Below are positions 40,681 to 49,723 of a stretch of 64,000 nt of DNA, piece after piece (position 1 is the stretch's first letter; each line of letters begins with the position of its first letter). The notes beneath the pieces were generated by a model. The model made no database searches and was not told where the DNA came from. It worked only from the letters and a program-made list of their open reading frames with translations. The position numbers and the translations under genes are program-made. Source of the stretch: Longimicrobiales bacterium (lineage in GTDB: Bacteria; Gemmatimonadota; Gemmatimonadetes; Longimicrobiales; Gaopeijiaceae); the NCBI GenBank assembly GCA_963664435.2, contig CAXXKM010000001.1, positions 768,001-832,000 on the forward strand, in the 5' to 3' direction.

Positions 40681-42087
40681 CTAACCCACCTCCGCGCGCC
40701 GTACCCGCGCCACGGCCGCCAGGATGGTCCCGACCAGCCACGTCCCCAGAACCAGGATCGACAGGATGCGGTTGCCCAGCACCCAGCCCAGCGTCGGGGC
40801 GGCGTACTGGAGCGGCGGCGTCTCCTCCCAGAGCTCGGGGCCGGCCAGGTAGACCTCGCCGGTGCGGGAGTTCTCGGCCAGGTCGCCGTTCATCCGCCGC
40901 ATCAGATCCCGGCGGTACGCCTCCGCGGCCGTCGCAAAGTGCCGATGCTGCTCTACATCGGTCCCGGCCAGTCCCATCGACAGCGTGCGCACCGCCAGCA
41001 ACGGCGCCACCACCGCGAGCGTCTCGTGCACGGCGCCCTGGCGCTCGAAGGTGTCCCACAACGCGCCGTAGTTGCGGTCGAAGATCCGATTGCCGAACTC
41101 CTCGCTCTCCTGCAGATAGACAGCCACCGCATTCACGGGCAGATCCTCGACCCGCTCCGCTCCGTGCTCGGCCAGCAGGCGCGCGGTCGACGCGTCCCGG
41201 TCCGCCCGGTGGATGTCCTCCACGCCGGAGGCCATCTCGCGTTCGATGTTGCGGGCGAACTCGATTGCCGACGGCGTCGGGTGCAGCCACTTCGACAGAT
41301 CCACCGCGACACGAGGCGCCACCAGCCCGTTCACCACCCACACGCCGAGCAGGATCACCAGCGCGGTGCGCGCGGTGCGCGCCCAGGCGGACACGGCCAG
41401 GGAGAGCGCCAGGAACGCGGTGAAGTAGGCAAGGTAGACGGCGGCCAGGACGGCACTGCGGGCAATCGGGGATGCCGCGGGACCGGGGCTCCCGACAACC
41501 AGGGCCGCCGCGCCCACCAGTGCCGCCGGAACCAGCAGCAACGCCAGCGCCCCGGCGACGCCCAGCGCCTTTCCCAGAGCCAGCTCTCGCCGGCCGATTC
41601 CGGTGGCCAGCAACTGGCGCAGCGTGCCCCGCTCCCGCTCGCCGGCGAGCGCGCCGAAGGTGAGCAGGATGATGAGCAGGGGCACGAGGTGCTGCAGCAC
41701 CTGCGCCGCCGTCAGTACCCCGATGCGCTGGGCTGCCGTTGCATCCTGCGCCGGGCGCAGAAGGAAGTCGTTCTGCCGGTGCGCCTCGAGCCAGACCGAG
41801 GTGCCGGTGTAGGGATCGACGCCCTCGTCGACAAAGGACAGCGCCAGCCTCGGCTTGAACGCGTACACGCCGTAGTGGGCCGCCGAATGGGGATTCTTCT
41901 CGCCCTGCGACTCCCAGTGGTCGCGGGCGGTGTCCTGCGCCGCTGCGTGCTCCTGCTGCGCGCTGCGTGCCTGAACCCACCCGTGGCCCAGGGAAACCAG
42001 CAGGAGCGCGCCCACCAGGACCGAGCACCAGCGGAAGCGCCCGTCCCGGAGGATGTCCGTGAACTCCTTGCGTACTATGTGCTTCAT
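40681..42087 (-). CDS. ABC-2-type permease, DUF3526 family
   Basis: QGEKNPHSAAHYG, WLEAHRQN, GERERGTL and SMGLAGTD..H..F..AE.YR. Confidence 0.88.
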   Translation of the reverse strand: MKHIVRKEFTDILRDGRFRWCSVLVGALLLVSLGHGWVQARSAQQEHAAAQDTARDHWESQGEKNPHSAAHYGVYAFKPRLALSFVDEGVDPYTGTSVWLEAHRQNDFLLRPAQDATAAQRIGVLTAAQVLQHLVPLLIILLTFGALAGERERGTLRQLLATGIGRRELALGKALGVAGALALLLVPAALVGAAALVVGSPGPAASPIARSAVLAAVYLAYFTAFLALSLAVSAWARTARTALVILLGVWVVNGLVAPRVAVDLSKWLHPTPSAIEFARNIEREMASGVEDIHRADRDASTARLLAEHGAERVEDLPVNAVAVYLQESEEFGNRIFDRNYGALWDTFERQGAVHETLAVVAPLLAVRTLSMGLAGTDVEQHRHFATAAEAYRRDLMRRMNGDLAENSRTGEVYLAGPELWEETPPLQYAAPTLGWVLGNRILSILVLGTWLVGTILAAVARVRRAEVG

Positions 42088-42096
42088 CGTCGTCTC

Positions 42097-42864
42097 CTAG
42101 TCGTGCATGTGCTTCAGATAGATGCGCTCGAGATCCGCGTGGCCGATCTCTTCGGTGCCCATCTCCGTGACCAGGCGTCCGTAGCGCATGATGCCCACGC
42201 GCGTCCCGGTCTCCTTGGCGCGAAACAGATCGTGGGTCGCCATCAGCACCGCGACGCCGCGATCCTTGAGCCGTTCGATCAGCTCGGAGAACTCGTTGGA
42301 GGCCTGCGGGTCGAGACCTGAGGTCGGCTCGTCGAGAAGCAGCGCGTCGGCCTCCTTGGCGATCGCGATCGCGATGCCGACCTTCTGCCGCATGCCCTTG
42401 GAGTACCCGGACACGCGGTCCTGGACCGCGGCGCGCTGAAGTCCCGCTTCGACCAGGATGTCGGTGAGCCGGTCCGGGGACAGGGATCCCCTCCCGCCCA
42501 GGGCGGCGAAGTACTCCAGGTTCTCCAGGCCGCTCAGGTTGCGGTAGAGCATGACCTGCTCGGGGATGTACGCGATCCGCTGTTTCGTCTCGCGGTCGTG
42601 GGCGGCCACGTCCAGGCCGGCGATCAGCGCATGTCCGGACGTGGGCGCCACGAATCCGAGGAAGAGGTTGATGGTGGTGGTCTTGCCCGCCCCGTTGGGG
42701 CCGAGGAGGCAGTAGACCTCTCCGGGCGCTATGGCCAGGTCGAGGGAGTCGAGGGCCCGGGTCGCGCCGTAGTTCTTGCTGAGGCCTCGGGCTTCGAGAA
42801 GGGGCGTGCGCCCATTCCCGGATTCGGCGACGTGCCGAGATGCGGGCGTCTGCATGGATTCCAT
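42097..42864 (-). CDS. ABC transporter ATP-binding protein
   Basis: Walker A GPNGAGKTT; signature YSKGMRQK; Walker B LLLDEP; switch ATHD. Confidence 0.95.
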   Translation of the reverse strand: MESMQTPASRHVAESGNGRTPLLEARGLSKNYGATRALDSLDLAIAPGEVYCLLGPNGAGKTTTINLFLGFVAPTSGHALIAGLDVAAHDRETKQRIAYIPEQVMLYRNLSGLENLEYFAALGGRGSLSPDRLTDILVEAGLQRAAVQDRVSGYSKGMRQKVGIAIAIAKEADALLLDEPTSGLDPQASNEFSELIERLKDRGVAVLMATHDLFRAKETGTRVGIMRYGRLVTEMGTEEIGHADLERIYLKHMHD

Positions 42865-42941
42865 CTCTCGTGTTGGGTGCGCCCTCGCGGACGCAACCAT
42901 CGACAGGGGCGGCCGACGGACGGGTCGGCCGGAGGACTCTG

Positions 42942-43259
42942 CTAGAGAGAGATGAAGAGAGGCGGGGCGCGGCTTCGGCGAGGGGTGAGATGAACGATCC
43001 GGGGAACGAACCGGCGCCCGCGGAACGCGGGAGTCCGCACCAGACTCGATCCCCCGAGGCTCGGAGTACCCGAGGCGATGGTCGGTCCAGGGTTGTGGAC
43101 GACCTGGCACACGGAACACGCGCCCGGAGAATCGGGGCCGTCACCGTGGGTGTGGGAACCTTCCGTGGAGTTGACGAGGAGGAGGAAGAGGATGACCGCC
43201 AGTCCGGTCACCGCACGCACGCGCTCCCGAGATCTCGCTGGATCAAACAGGTGCGCCAT
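42942..43259 (-). CDS. Putative regulatory leader peptide (DUF2946/CruR-like): signal/TM, HTH + CxxC, C-terminal RAPP
   Basis: 105 aa; GGAGG RBS; hydrophobic N-terminus; SHTHG..CSVC..H; ends RSRAPPLFISL. Confidence 0.78.
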   Translation of the reverse strand: MAHLFDPARSRERVRAVTGLAVILFLLLVNSTEGSHTHGDGPDSPGACSVCQVVHNPGPTIASGTPSLGGSSLVRTPAFRGRRFVPRIVHLTPRRSRAPPLFISL

Positions 43260-43336
43260 CGTTCGCTCCTCCACCTCGCGGACTCCCCATCCACCCACTC
43301 GACCGTCTCCCGGACGTTCGGGACGCGCCGGACGCT

Positions 43337-43365
43337 ACCGTAGCGCGCTGGTCCGGAGAGGTCAA
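43337..43365 (-). promoter_or_regulatory. Putative sigma70 promoter for the leader/ABC operon
   Basis: TTGACC-N17-TACGGT on the minus strand; palindrome CGCTAC-C-GTAGCG overlaps the -10. Confidence 0.55.
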
Positions 43366-43472
43366 TACATGGGCGGCGCCACACGCGGTTGCCCCGACCT
43401 CACCCAAACCCGTTAGATTCATCGAGGTCCGGGCCGCAGGTCCGGCCGGTTCACCCGGAAGACAGGACGACC

Positions 43473-44021
43473 ATGAACGTTGCCGCCGCCATCCTGCTCG
43501 CCACTTCCGCGCTGCACGCCAGCGGCGCGACCCAGGAACCCATGTCCACGGGTCCCTCGCACGCCGGCTACAGCGACGCCGTGACCATGCGGCACTCGCA
43601 CGACGGGCCCCACGGCGAGGACCTTCTCCGCATCGAGCAGATGATCCGCTGCACCTGCGGATGCCTCATGGACACCCACATCTGTCAGTACCAGATGCAG
43701 TGCGCGGAATCCCCGCTCTACACTCAGCGCATCCTGGCGGCGCTGGAGGCGGGCGAGACCGAGGAAGTCATTCTCGCCGGCTTCGTCGCCGACTTCGGCG
43801 CGGACATCATCAGTTCGCCCCCGGTGGAAGGCTTCAACCGGGTGGGCTATTTCATGCCCGCGGTCGCGATCGTCTTCTCGGGCCTTCTCATCGGGCTGTT
43901 CGTGCGCAGAAACGTGGCCCGGGGACGGAGACGCGCGCCGGTGGTGGCGTCGGATATCTCCGACAAGGACTGGGAGCAGCTGCGCAAGGAGATGAAGGCG
44001 CTGGAGAAGGAAGACTGGTAG
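43473..44021 (+). CDS. CcmH/CycL-like cytochrome c biogenesis protein
   Basis: Signal peptide; IRCTCGC; AGETEEVILAGFVADFG..I.SSPP..GFN..GY.MP; one TM segment. Confidence 0.7.
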   Translation: MNVAAAILLATSALHASGATQEPMSTGPSHAGYSDAVTMRHSHDGPHGEDLLRIEQMIRCTCGCLMDTHICQYQMQCAESPLYTQRILAALEAGETEEVILAGFVADFGADIISSPPVEGFNRVGYFMPAVAIVFSGLLIGLFVRRNVARGRRRAPVVASDISDKDWEQLRKEMKALEKEDW

Positions 44022-44087
44022 GCCGGCGGAGCCCCTGAGGGCCGCACGGCCCAGCCGTCTCACCAAAGCCCCGGATCCCGGAACCCG

Positions 44088-44522
44088 ATGCCCGAACCCC
44101 AGAACTACGCCAATCACGCCAAGCGTCCTCCCCGGCTGTTTCTCGTGGCGTGGTTCGCCGCGACGGCCGCGGCCGCGAGCTTCCTCTTCCGACTTTTCGC
44201 CGACTTCAGCGTCGAGACCCTGGCGCTGTTCCTCACCGCGGGTGGGGCCTCGGTCGGAATCATGTTGGCGCGCCGGTTCGCCCTGGGCGTCCAGGACCGG
44301 GTCATCCGCCTCGAGGAGCGCCTGCGCCTGGAGAGACTCCTTCCGGACGAGCTGAAGGGCCACGTCGAGGAGCTGACGACGGATCAGCTGATCGGGCTGC
44401 GCTTTGCTTCGGACGCGGAGCTGCCCGATCTGGCGCGCCGGGTTCTGGATGGCGAGCTGACGGACCGGAAGGCGATCAAGCAGGCCGTAGAGGACTGGCG
44501 GGCCGACCACCAGCGCATCTGA
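44088..44522 (+). CDS. DUF6526-like membrane protein
   Basis: QNYANH, QDRVIRLEERLR, QLIGLRFASDAEL and IKQAV..WRAD..R. Confidence 0.72.
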   Translation: MPEPQNYANHAKRPPRLFLVAWFAATAAAASFLFRLFADFSVETLALFLTAGGASVGIMLARRFALGVQDRVIRLEERLRLERLLPDELKGHVEELTTDQLIGLRFASDAELPDLARRVLDGELTDRKAIKQAVEDWRADHQRI

Positions 44523-44535
44523 TTCGCAGGCCGTC

Positions 44536-45225
44536 GTGAGCCACCCCCAGTGCTGCGGGCTCGAACGGCAGTTCGACGACGGCCACGCGGAGCGCAACCT
44601 GCGCCGATACCGCCGCAAGGGACCGGCCAAAGCGACCCGCTGGCTGCTGGGGGCCCTCTCCGAGGACGGCGTCGCGGGCCGCACCTTCATCGACATCGGC
44701 GGGGGCATCGGAGCCATCCAGCATGAGCTGATGGCGCGTGGCGCCGCCGGGGGGACGCATTCGGACGCGGCTCCGGCGTTTCTGCGCGCCGCGCGCTCCG
44801 AAGCCGAGGCCCGGGGCTATGCCGACCGCATTCGCTACGTGGACGGCGATTTCGTGGAGCGGGCAGGCGAACTCCCCGCCGCCGACCTGGTGACCCTGGA
44901 CCGGGTGGTGTGCTGCTATCCCGACATGCCGGCCCTTCTGGGCGCGGCGGCGCCTCTGGCGAAGCGGACGCTCGGGCTGGTGATGCCGCATGGCGGACCG
45001 CTGGCGCGCTTCGGCGTCGGGCTGGTCAACTTCATCCAGCGCCTCAGGCGGCATCCGTTCCGGGTCTTCGCGCACGAACCTGCCGCGGTGGAGGCGGTGC
45101 TGGAGAGCCATGGGCTCGCGAAGCGATTCGAACGCGCCGGCGTGGTATGGCGGGTGTTGGTCTTTACCAGGCCGAAGACCGGCCGGATCCGAGCTTCAGA
45201 CGAAGGCTGTTCAGGACCACGCTGA
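44536..45225 (+). CDS. Class I SAM-dependent methyltransferase (BchM-like)
   Basis: IDIGGGIG motif [20 protein letters not shown]. Confidence 0.82.
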   Translation: MSHPQCCGLERQFDDGHAERNLRRYRRKGPAKATRWLLGALSEDGVAGRTFIDIGGGIGAIQHELMARGAAGGTHSDAAPAFLRAARSEAEARGYADRIRYVDGDFVERAGELPAADLVTLDRVVCCYPDMPALLGAAAPLAKRTLGLVMPHGGPLARFGVGLVNFIQRLRRHPFRVFAHEPAAVEAVLESHGLAKRFERAGVVWRVLVFTRPKTGRIRASDEGCSGPR

Positions 45226-47461
45226 CGCTCGAGAACGCCATTGCCAGGGCGGCCAGAACCGGGTGCAGCTGGCTGCTGGCGGCGGCCACCGGAATAAGCG
45301 CCACATTGTAGCCGAAGGCCCAGAAGAGATTCTGGCGAATCGTACGCATGGTGGCGCGCGATAGCTGGATGGCGTCGTTCACTCCGACCAGATCATCCCG
45401 CATCAGGGTGATGTCGGCGCTCTCGATGGCCACGTCGGTCCCGGTCCCTATGGCGATGCCGACATCCGCCCGCGCCAACGCGGGTGCGTCGTTGGTGCCG
45501 TCGCCCACCATGGCGACCGTTGCGCCCGTTTCCTCCTGAAGCGCGCTCACCACCTCGGCCTTCTCGCGCGGCGGCACGCCGGCCCGCACCTCCTGGATGC
45601 CGGCCTCGTCGGCGATGGCGGCGGCGGTCGGGGCGTTGTCGCCGGTGACCATGACCACGCGCATTCGCGTTCGCAGGTTCTCGATCGCGTCACGGGCACC
45701 CGGCTTGAGTTCGTCCGCGATGGCGATCAGGCCCATCGCGCGCCCGTCGACCGCCACCCAGACCACCGTATGCGCCCGCGCCTCCAGGCGCTCCGCCTCC
45801 GCTGCGAAACCGTATCCGTGACTGCCGTGGACGCCCGCGAACTGCTTCTTCCCCACCACCACCCGATGGTAGTCCACCGTGGCGACCACGCCGTATCCGG
45901 GAACGGCCTCGAAGTCGCGCGGAGGCTCCAGTGCGATCCCGCGCGCCTCCGCCTCCCGCACCACCGCGCGCGCGAGCGGATGCTCGCTGCCCCATTCGGC
46001 GGAGCCCGCCATCCGAAGGATCTTGCGCGGGTCGCTTCCCACCACCGCGCGCACCGCCGGCTTGCCCCGGGTGATCGTGCCGGTCTTGTCGAGCACCACC
46101 ACCCGCAGCTGCCGGGCGAGTTCGAGCGCCCCGCTGTTCCTGAACAGGATGCCCTTCCCCGCCCCCAACCCCATCCCGACCATGACCGCCGTGGGGGTCG
46201 CCAGCCCCAGCGCGCACGGGCACGCGATCACCAGCACGGCCACCATCCGGATCAACGCGGCCGGAAAGCCGGCGCCCGCGGCCATCCACCACACCAGGAA
46301 GGTGCCGACCGCGATCGCGATCACGATCGGCACGAAGATCCCCGCCACCCGGTCGGCCAGCCGCTGCACCGGCGCCTTGCTGCCCTGGGCCTCGCGAACC
46401 AGGCGCACAATCCCCGCCAGGGCGGTGTCGGCGCCCACCCGGGTCGCGCGCACCTGCAGCAGACCCTCGTGGTTGAGGGTGCCGCCGATCACCTCCACCC
46501 CCGGCTCCTTGTCCACCGGGAGGCTCTCGCCGGTGAAGGTGCTCTCATCCACCGAGGACCGCCCGTCGAGCACGACGCCGTCCACCGGAATCCGCTCGCC
46601 GGGCCGCACCAGCACGACCTGGTCCACCTGTACCCGGTCGACCGGCACTTCCCGTTCCTCCCCGTCCGCGAGAAGGGTCGCCGTGCGCGGGCGCAACGCC
46701 ATCATCCGGCGAATGGCGTCGCCGGTCTCGCCCCTGGCTCGAACCTCCAGCCACTTGCCCAGCTTGATGAGCGTGATGATGGCCGCGGCCGTCTCGAAGT
46801 AGACGTGCTCGCCCAGCGTCGTCACCCCGAGGGTGAGCGCGACCGTCACGGCCACGCTGTAGAAGAAGGCCGCCGAAGACCCCAGCGCCACCAGCACGTC
46901 CATGTTGGCGCCGCGATTGCGCAGCGCCTTGAAGGACCCCGTGTAGTAGCTCCGCCCAACGTAGAACTGGACCGGAGTCGCGAGGACGAGGAAGGCCCAG
47001 TTCACCCATGGCGCGTGCGCCCACGCGCCCACCAGCCCGAAGTCGCGGGCCATGCTGGCCAGGAAGAGGGGCAGGGTGAACGCGAGCCCGGTGCGGAACT
47101 CGCGGGCGTGGCGGTCGATCTCGCGTGCGCGGGCCTTCGCCTCGGCGTCCTCCGCCGCTGCCCCGGAACCCCCGTCCTCCGCCGCCACCGCTTCGGTGAC
47201 CACCCCGTAGCCGGCCTCTTCGATGACGCGCGTCACCTCGGCGGGGGTCACGGCGTCGGGCAGGTACTGGATGGTCGCGCGCCCGGAGGCGAAGTTCACG
47301 TCCGCGCTCACCACCCCGGCGACGCCCGCGCGCAGGACGTTCTCGATCGTGGCCGCGCAACCCATGCACGACATCCCCGTGACGGGAAGCTCCAGCCGGG
47401 TGGGCGCGGCGCCATCGCCCGCGGGGCCGGAGGGTGGTGCGGTTCGGCTTGCAACCGACAA
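45164..47461 (-). CDS. copA: Cu(I)-type P1B heavy-metal ATPase
   Basis: HMA GMSCMGC; TGES; CPC; DKTGT; SEHP; GDGTND; YN..P and MAFSS. Confidence 0.93.
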   Translation of the reverse strand: MSVASRTAPPSGPAGDGAAPTRLELPVTGMSCMGCAATIENVLRAGVAGVVSADVNFASGRATIQYLPDAVTPAEVTRVIEEAGYGVVTEAVAAEDGGSGAAAEDAEAKARAREIDRHAREFRTGLAFTLPLFLASMARDFGLVGAWAHAPWVNWAFLVLATPVQFYVGRSYYTGSFKALRNRGANMDVLVALGSSAAFFYSVAVTVALTLGVTTLGEHVYFETAAAIITLIKLGKWLEVRARGETGDAIRRMMALRPRTATLLADGEEREVPVDRVQVDQVVLVRPGERIPVDGVVLDGRSSVDESTFTGESLPVDKEPGVEVIGGTLNHEGLLQVRATRVGADTALAGIVRLVREAQGSKAPVQRLADRVAGIFVPIVIAIAVGTFLVWWMAAGAGFPAALIRMVAVLVIACPCALGLATPTAVMVGMGLGAGKGILFRNSGALELARQLRVVVLDKTGTITRGKPAVRAVVGSDPRKILRMAGSAEWGSEHPLARAVVREAEARGIALEPPRDFEAVPGYGVVATVDYHRVVVGKKQFAGVHGSHGYGFAAEAERLEARAHTVVWVAVDGRAMGLIAIADELKPGARDAIENLRTRMRVVMVTGDNAPTAAAIADEAGIQEVRAGVPPREKAEVVSALQEETGATVAMVGDGTNDAPALARADVGIAIGTGTDVAIESADITLMRDDLVGVNDAIQLSRATMRTIRQNLFWAFGYNVALIPVAAASSQLHPVLAALAMAFSSVSVVLNSLRLKLGSGRSSAW

Positions 47462-47624
47462 GGGTCACCTCGTTTTCGCGGTCTGTTCGCGACTGCCGCA
47501 GTCGCTTGCACGACGCGATGCGCTGGCGTAGCGCGCGAAGACCGAAAATGTTCACGTAAACTTTCACCGGGATCCGGAACAAGCCAATCCCGACCTTCAC
47601 GCATTCTACCCCGATTACACCGAT

Positions 47625-48473
47625 ATGTCCTTCACCACGCTTGTAACCTCGGACGAACTGTCCCGGCACCTCGACGACCCCGACTGGGTGATCCTCGACT
47701 GCCGCTTTTCCCTGGTCGACGCGGAACACGGCCGGCGCGCGTATGAGGAGGGGCACGTCCCGGGCGCCGCCTATGCGCACCTGGAAGAAGATCTCTCCGG
47801 TCCCATCCTCCCGGGCGTGACCGGTCGCCACCCCCTTCCCGAGGTCGCCGATTTCGCGCGCACGCTCGGCTCCTGGGGCGTGGACGAGCGGGCCCAGGTC
47901 GTGGTCTACGACGACATGGGAGGCGCCATGGCGGGACGGCTCTGGTGGATGCTCGGGTGGGTCGGCCACGACGCCGTCGCCCTGCTCGACGGCGGCTGGC
48001 AGCGCTGGGGCGGCGAGGGGCGGCCAGTCACGGCGGAACCTGGCGCGCGGCCCTCACGTGTCTTCAGGGCGGCACCGCGACCCGAGCGTCTCGTCCCCGT
48101 GGCCGAAGTGCTGGACCGCCTGGGCGACGCCTCCATCCCCCTCATCGACGCGCGCGCCGGCGAACGCTACCGCGGCGAGGTCGAACCGCTCGACCCGGTG
48201 GCGGGCCACATCCCGGGAGCGGTGTGCGCGGCCTTCGAGGAAAACCTCTCGCCCGACGGGACCTTCAAGTCCCCCGAGCAGCTCCGGCAGCGCTTCCGGG
48301 CCATCCTCGGCGACACGCCCCCGGAGGACTCGGTGTCCTACTGCGGCTCCGGCGTCACCGCGTGCCACAACCTGCTCGCCATGGAGCACGCGGGGCTGAC
48401 CGGCGGACGGCTCTACGCGGGCTCCTGGAGCGACTGGGTCACCGACCCCGACCGTCCGGTCGAACGCGGCTGA
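47625..48473 (+). CDS. sseA: Double-rhodanese sulfurtransferase (3-mercaptopyruvate type)
   Basis: GHVPGA, GRHPLP, LDGG, GHIPGA, active-site YCGSGVTAC and YAGSWSDW. Confidence 0.9.
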   Translation: MSFTTLVTSDELSRHLDDPDWVILDCRFSLVDAEHGRRAYEEGHVPGAAYAHLEEDLSGPILPGVTGRHPLPEVADFARTLGSWGVDERAQVVVYDDMGGAMAGRLWWMLGWVGHDAVALLDGGWQRWGGEGRPVTAEPGARPSRVFRAAPRPERLVPVAEVLDRLGDASIPLIDARAGERYRGEVEPLDPVAGHIPGAVCAAFEENLSPDGTFKSPEQLRQRFRAILGDTPPEDSVSYCGSGVTACHNLLAMEHAGLTGGRLYAGSWSDWVTDPDRPVERG

Positions 48474-48530
48474 GGGGTCCGCGCCCGTTTCGACGCGGCG
48501 CGGCTCGACCGGAGGCGCCCCACCGGCAGC

Positions 48531-48600
48531 AAGAGCCCTCACCGGGACCGAGCACCCTCACCCCGGATCGAGCACTCTCACCCGGGCCCGAGCACCCTCG
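48531..48600. repeat. Tandem ~20-bp repeats copying the PLD gene stop region
   Basis: CGAGCACCCTCACCCCGGAT / CGAGCACTCTCACCCGGGCC / CGAGCACCCTCG, plus a degenerate copy at 48531. Confidence 0.8.
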
Positions 48601-49720
48601 CCACCCGTCTGGCGACCCGGATCGGCATCGCGCGCAGCGCTCTCCCCAGCCTTCCCGCTCCGGAATCGCCATCGTCCTCGAACCGGCGCGAGGCTCGCAG
48701 ATCCGGTTCCAGCACCCGGCGGCGGAACGCCTCGATGACCTCCCTCGACCGGAACACGGCCACGACCTCGGCCAGAAACCCGTTGTAGCTCATCAGGTCA
48801 AAGTTGGACGATCCAGTCACGAGCGTTCCGTCGTCGATCAGCATGCACTTCATGTGGATCATGCCACCCTCGAACAGCCAGACCTCGAAGCCGGCCCGCG
48901 CCGCCATCGCCAGCAGGTACTTCTGCAAATAGGCCTTGTTGTTCGAGCGCGGCGTCACGATCCGAACCCGGATGCCACGCGCTGCGGCGGCCGCCAGGTG
49001 GTCCGTGAAGGGCGGGCTCACGTACGGGCTGATGACGTCGATCGAACGCTCGGCGGCATCGATGAGCCCGAGAAGGTCGCGGTATTCCGCTCGGTTGCCC
49101 GCGCCCGGCAGCAGGTGCAGGTCCAGTTCCCGCTCAGGGAAGGAAGCGCGCCCGCGCTCCGAACGTCCCTCCCACGAGGACTCGAAGTCCCGCCTGAGAA
49201 AGCGCGCGACCTCCGCATCCTCGACCCGCACCATGAGATCGTGCCACGCGAAATTGTGCTCCGAGAAGTTGATGCCTCCGATGTAGGACACGCGGTCGTC
49301 GAAGAGGATGAGCTTCTTGTGGTCGCGGTTGAGGAAGTGCTGGCCGAGGATGCCGAACGGGCGGCCGAAGCGCACCCCCACGCCTCCCGCGCGCAGCAGG
49401 CGCACCAGCCGGCCCGTGTTGCGCACCTCCGCCCGAAACGCGGGATCGAAGAGCGTTCCGGGCATGGCGATCCAGCGGTCGTTCTGGTTGGCGCGCGTAT
49501 ACGAGTCGACGAGCAGGCGGCGGTCGGGAGCAGGGGCGTCGAGCAGGGCGTCCGAAAGCGCCGTCCCCACCCAATCCCCCTCGAACGAGTAGGTCTGGAT
49601 GAAGGCGTATTCGCGCGCCGCGGCCAGGTCGGCCTGCACCGATGCCCAGACCGCCTCGGAATCGACCAGAACCTCGGCTCGTGCGTCGCCTCGCGGGAGG
49701 CGCACACCGTCGTTGGGCAT
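48578..49720 (-). CDS. Phospholipase D-family protein (cardiolipin synthase-like)
   Basis: Two HKD motifs: DHKKLILFD..YIGGINF and IHMKCMLIDD..GSSNFD. Confidence 0.9.
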   Translation of the reverse strand: MPNDGVRLPRGDARAEVLVDSEAVWASVQADLAAAREYAFIQTYSFEGDWVGTALSDALLDAPAPDRRLLVDSYTRANQNDRWIAMPGTLFDPAFRAEVRNTGRLVRLLRAGGVGVRFGRPFGILGQHFLNRDHKKLILFDDRVSYIGGINFSEHNFAWHDLMVRVEDAEVARFLRRDFESSWEGRSERGRASFPERELDLHLLPGAGNRAEYRDLLGLIDAAERSIDVISPYVSPPFTDHLAAAAARGIRVRIVTPRSNNKAYLQKYLLAMAARAGFEVWLFEGGMIHMKCMLIDDGTLVTGSSNFDLMSYNGFLAEVVAVFRSREVIEAFRRRVLEPDLRASRRFEDDGDSGAGRLGRALRAMPIRVARRVARVLGPG

Positions 49721-49723
49721 CTT

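Noticed and set aside
45164..45225. Functional convergent overlap of the methyltransferase and copA
   Set aside because: Both overlapping tails look like non-conserved extensions; probably stop-codon drift.
47544..47565. Copper-regulator operator upstream of copA
   Set aside because: Only an imperfect palindrome (GTTCACGTAAAC); no clear CsoR, CueR or CopY match.
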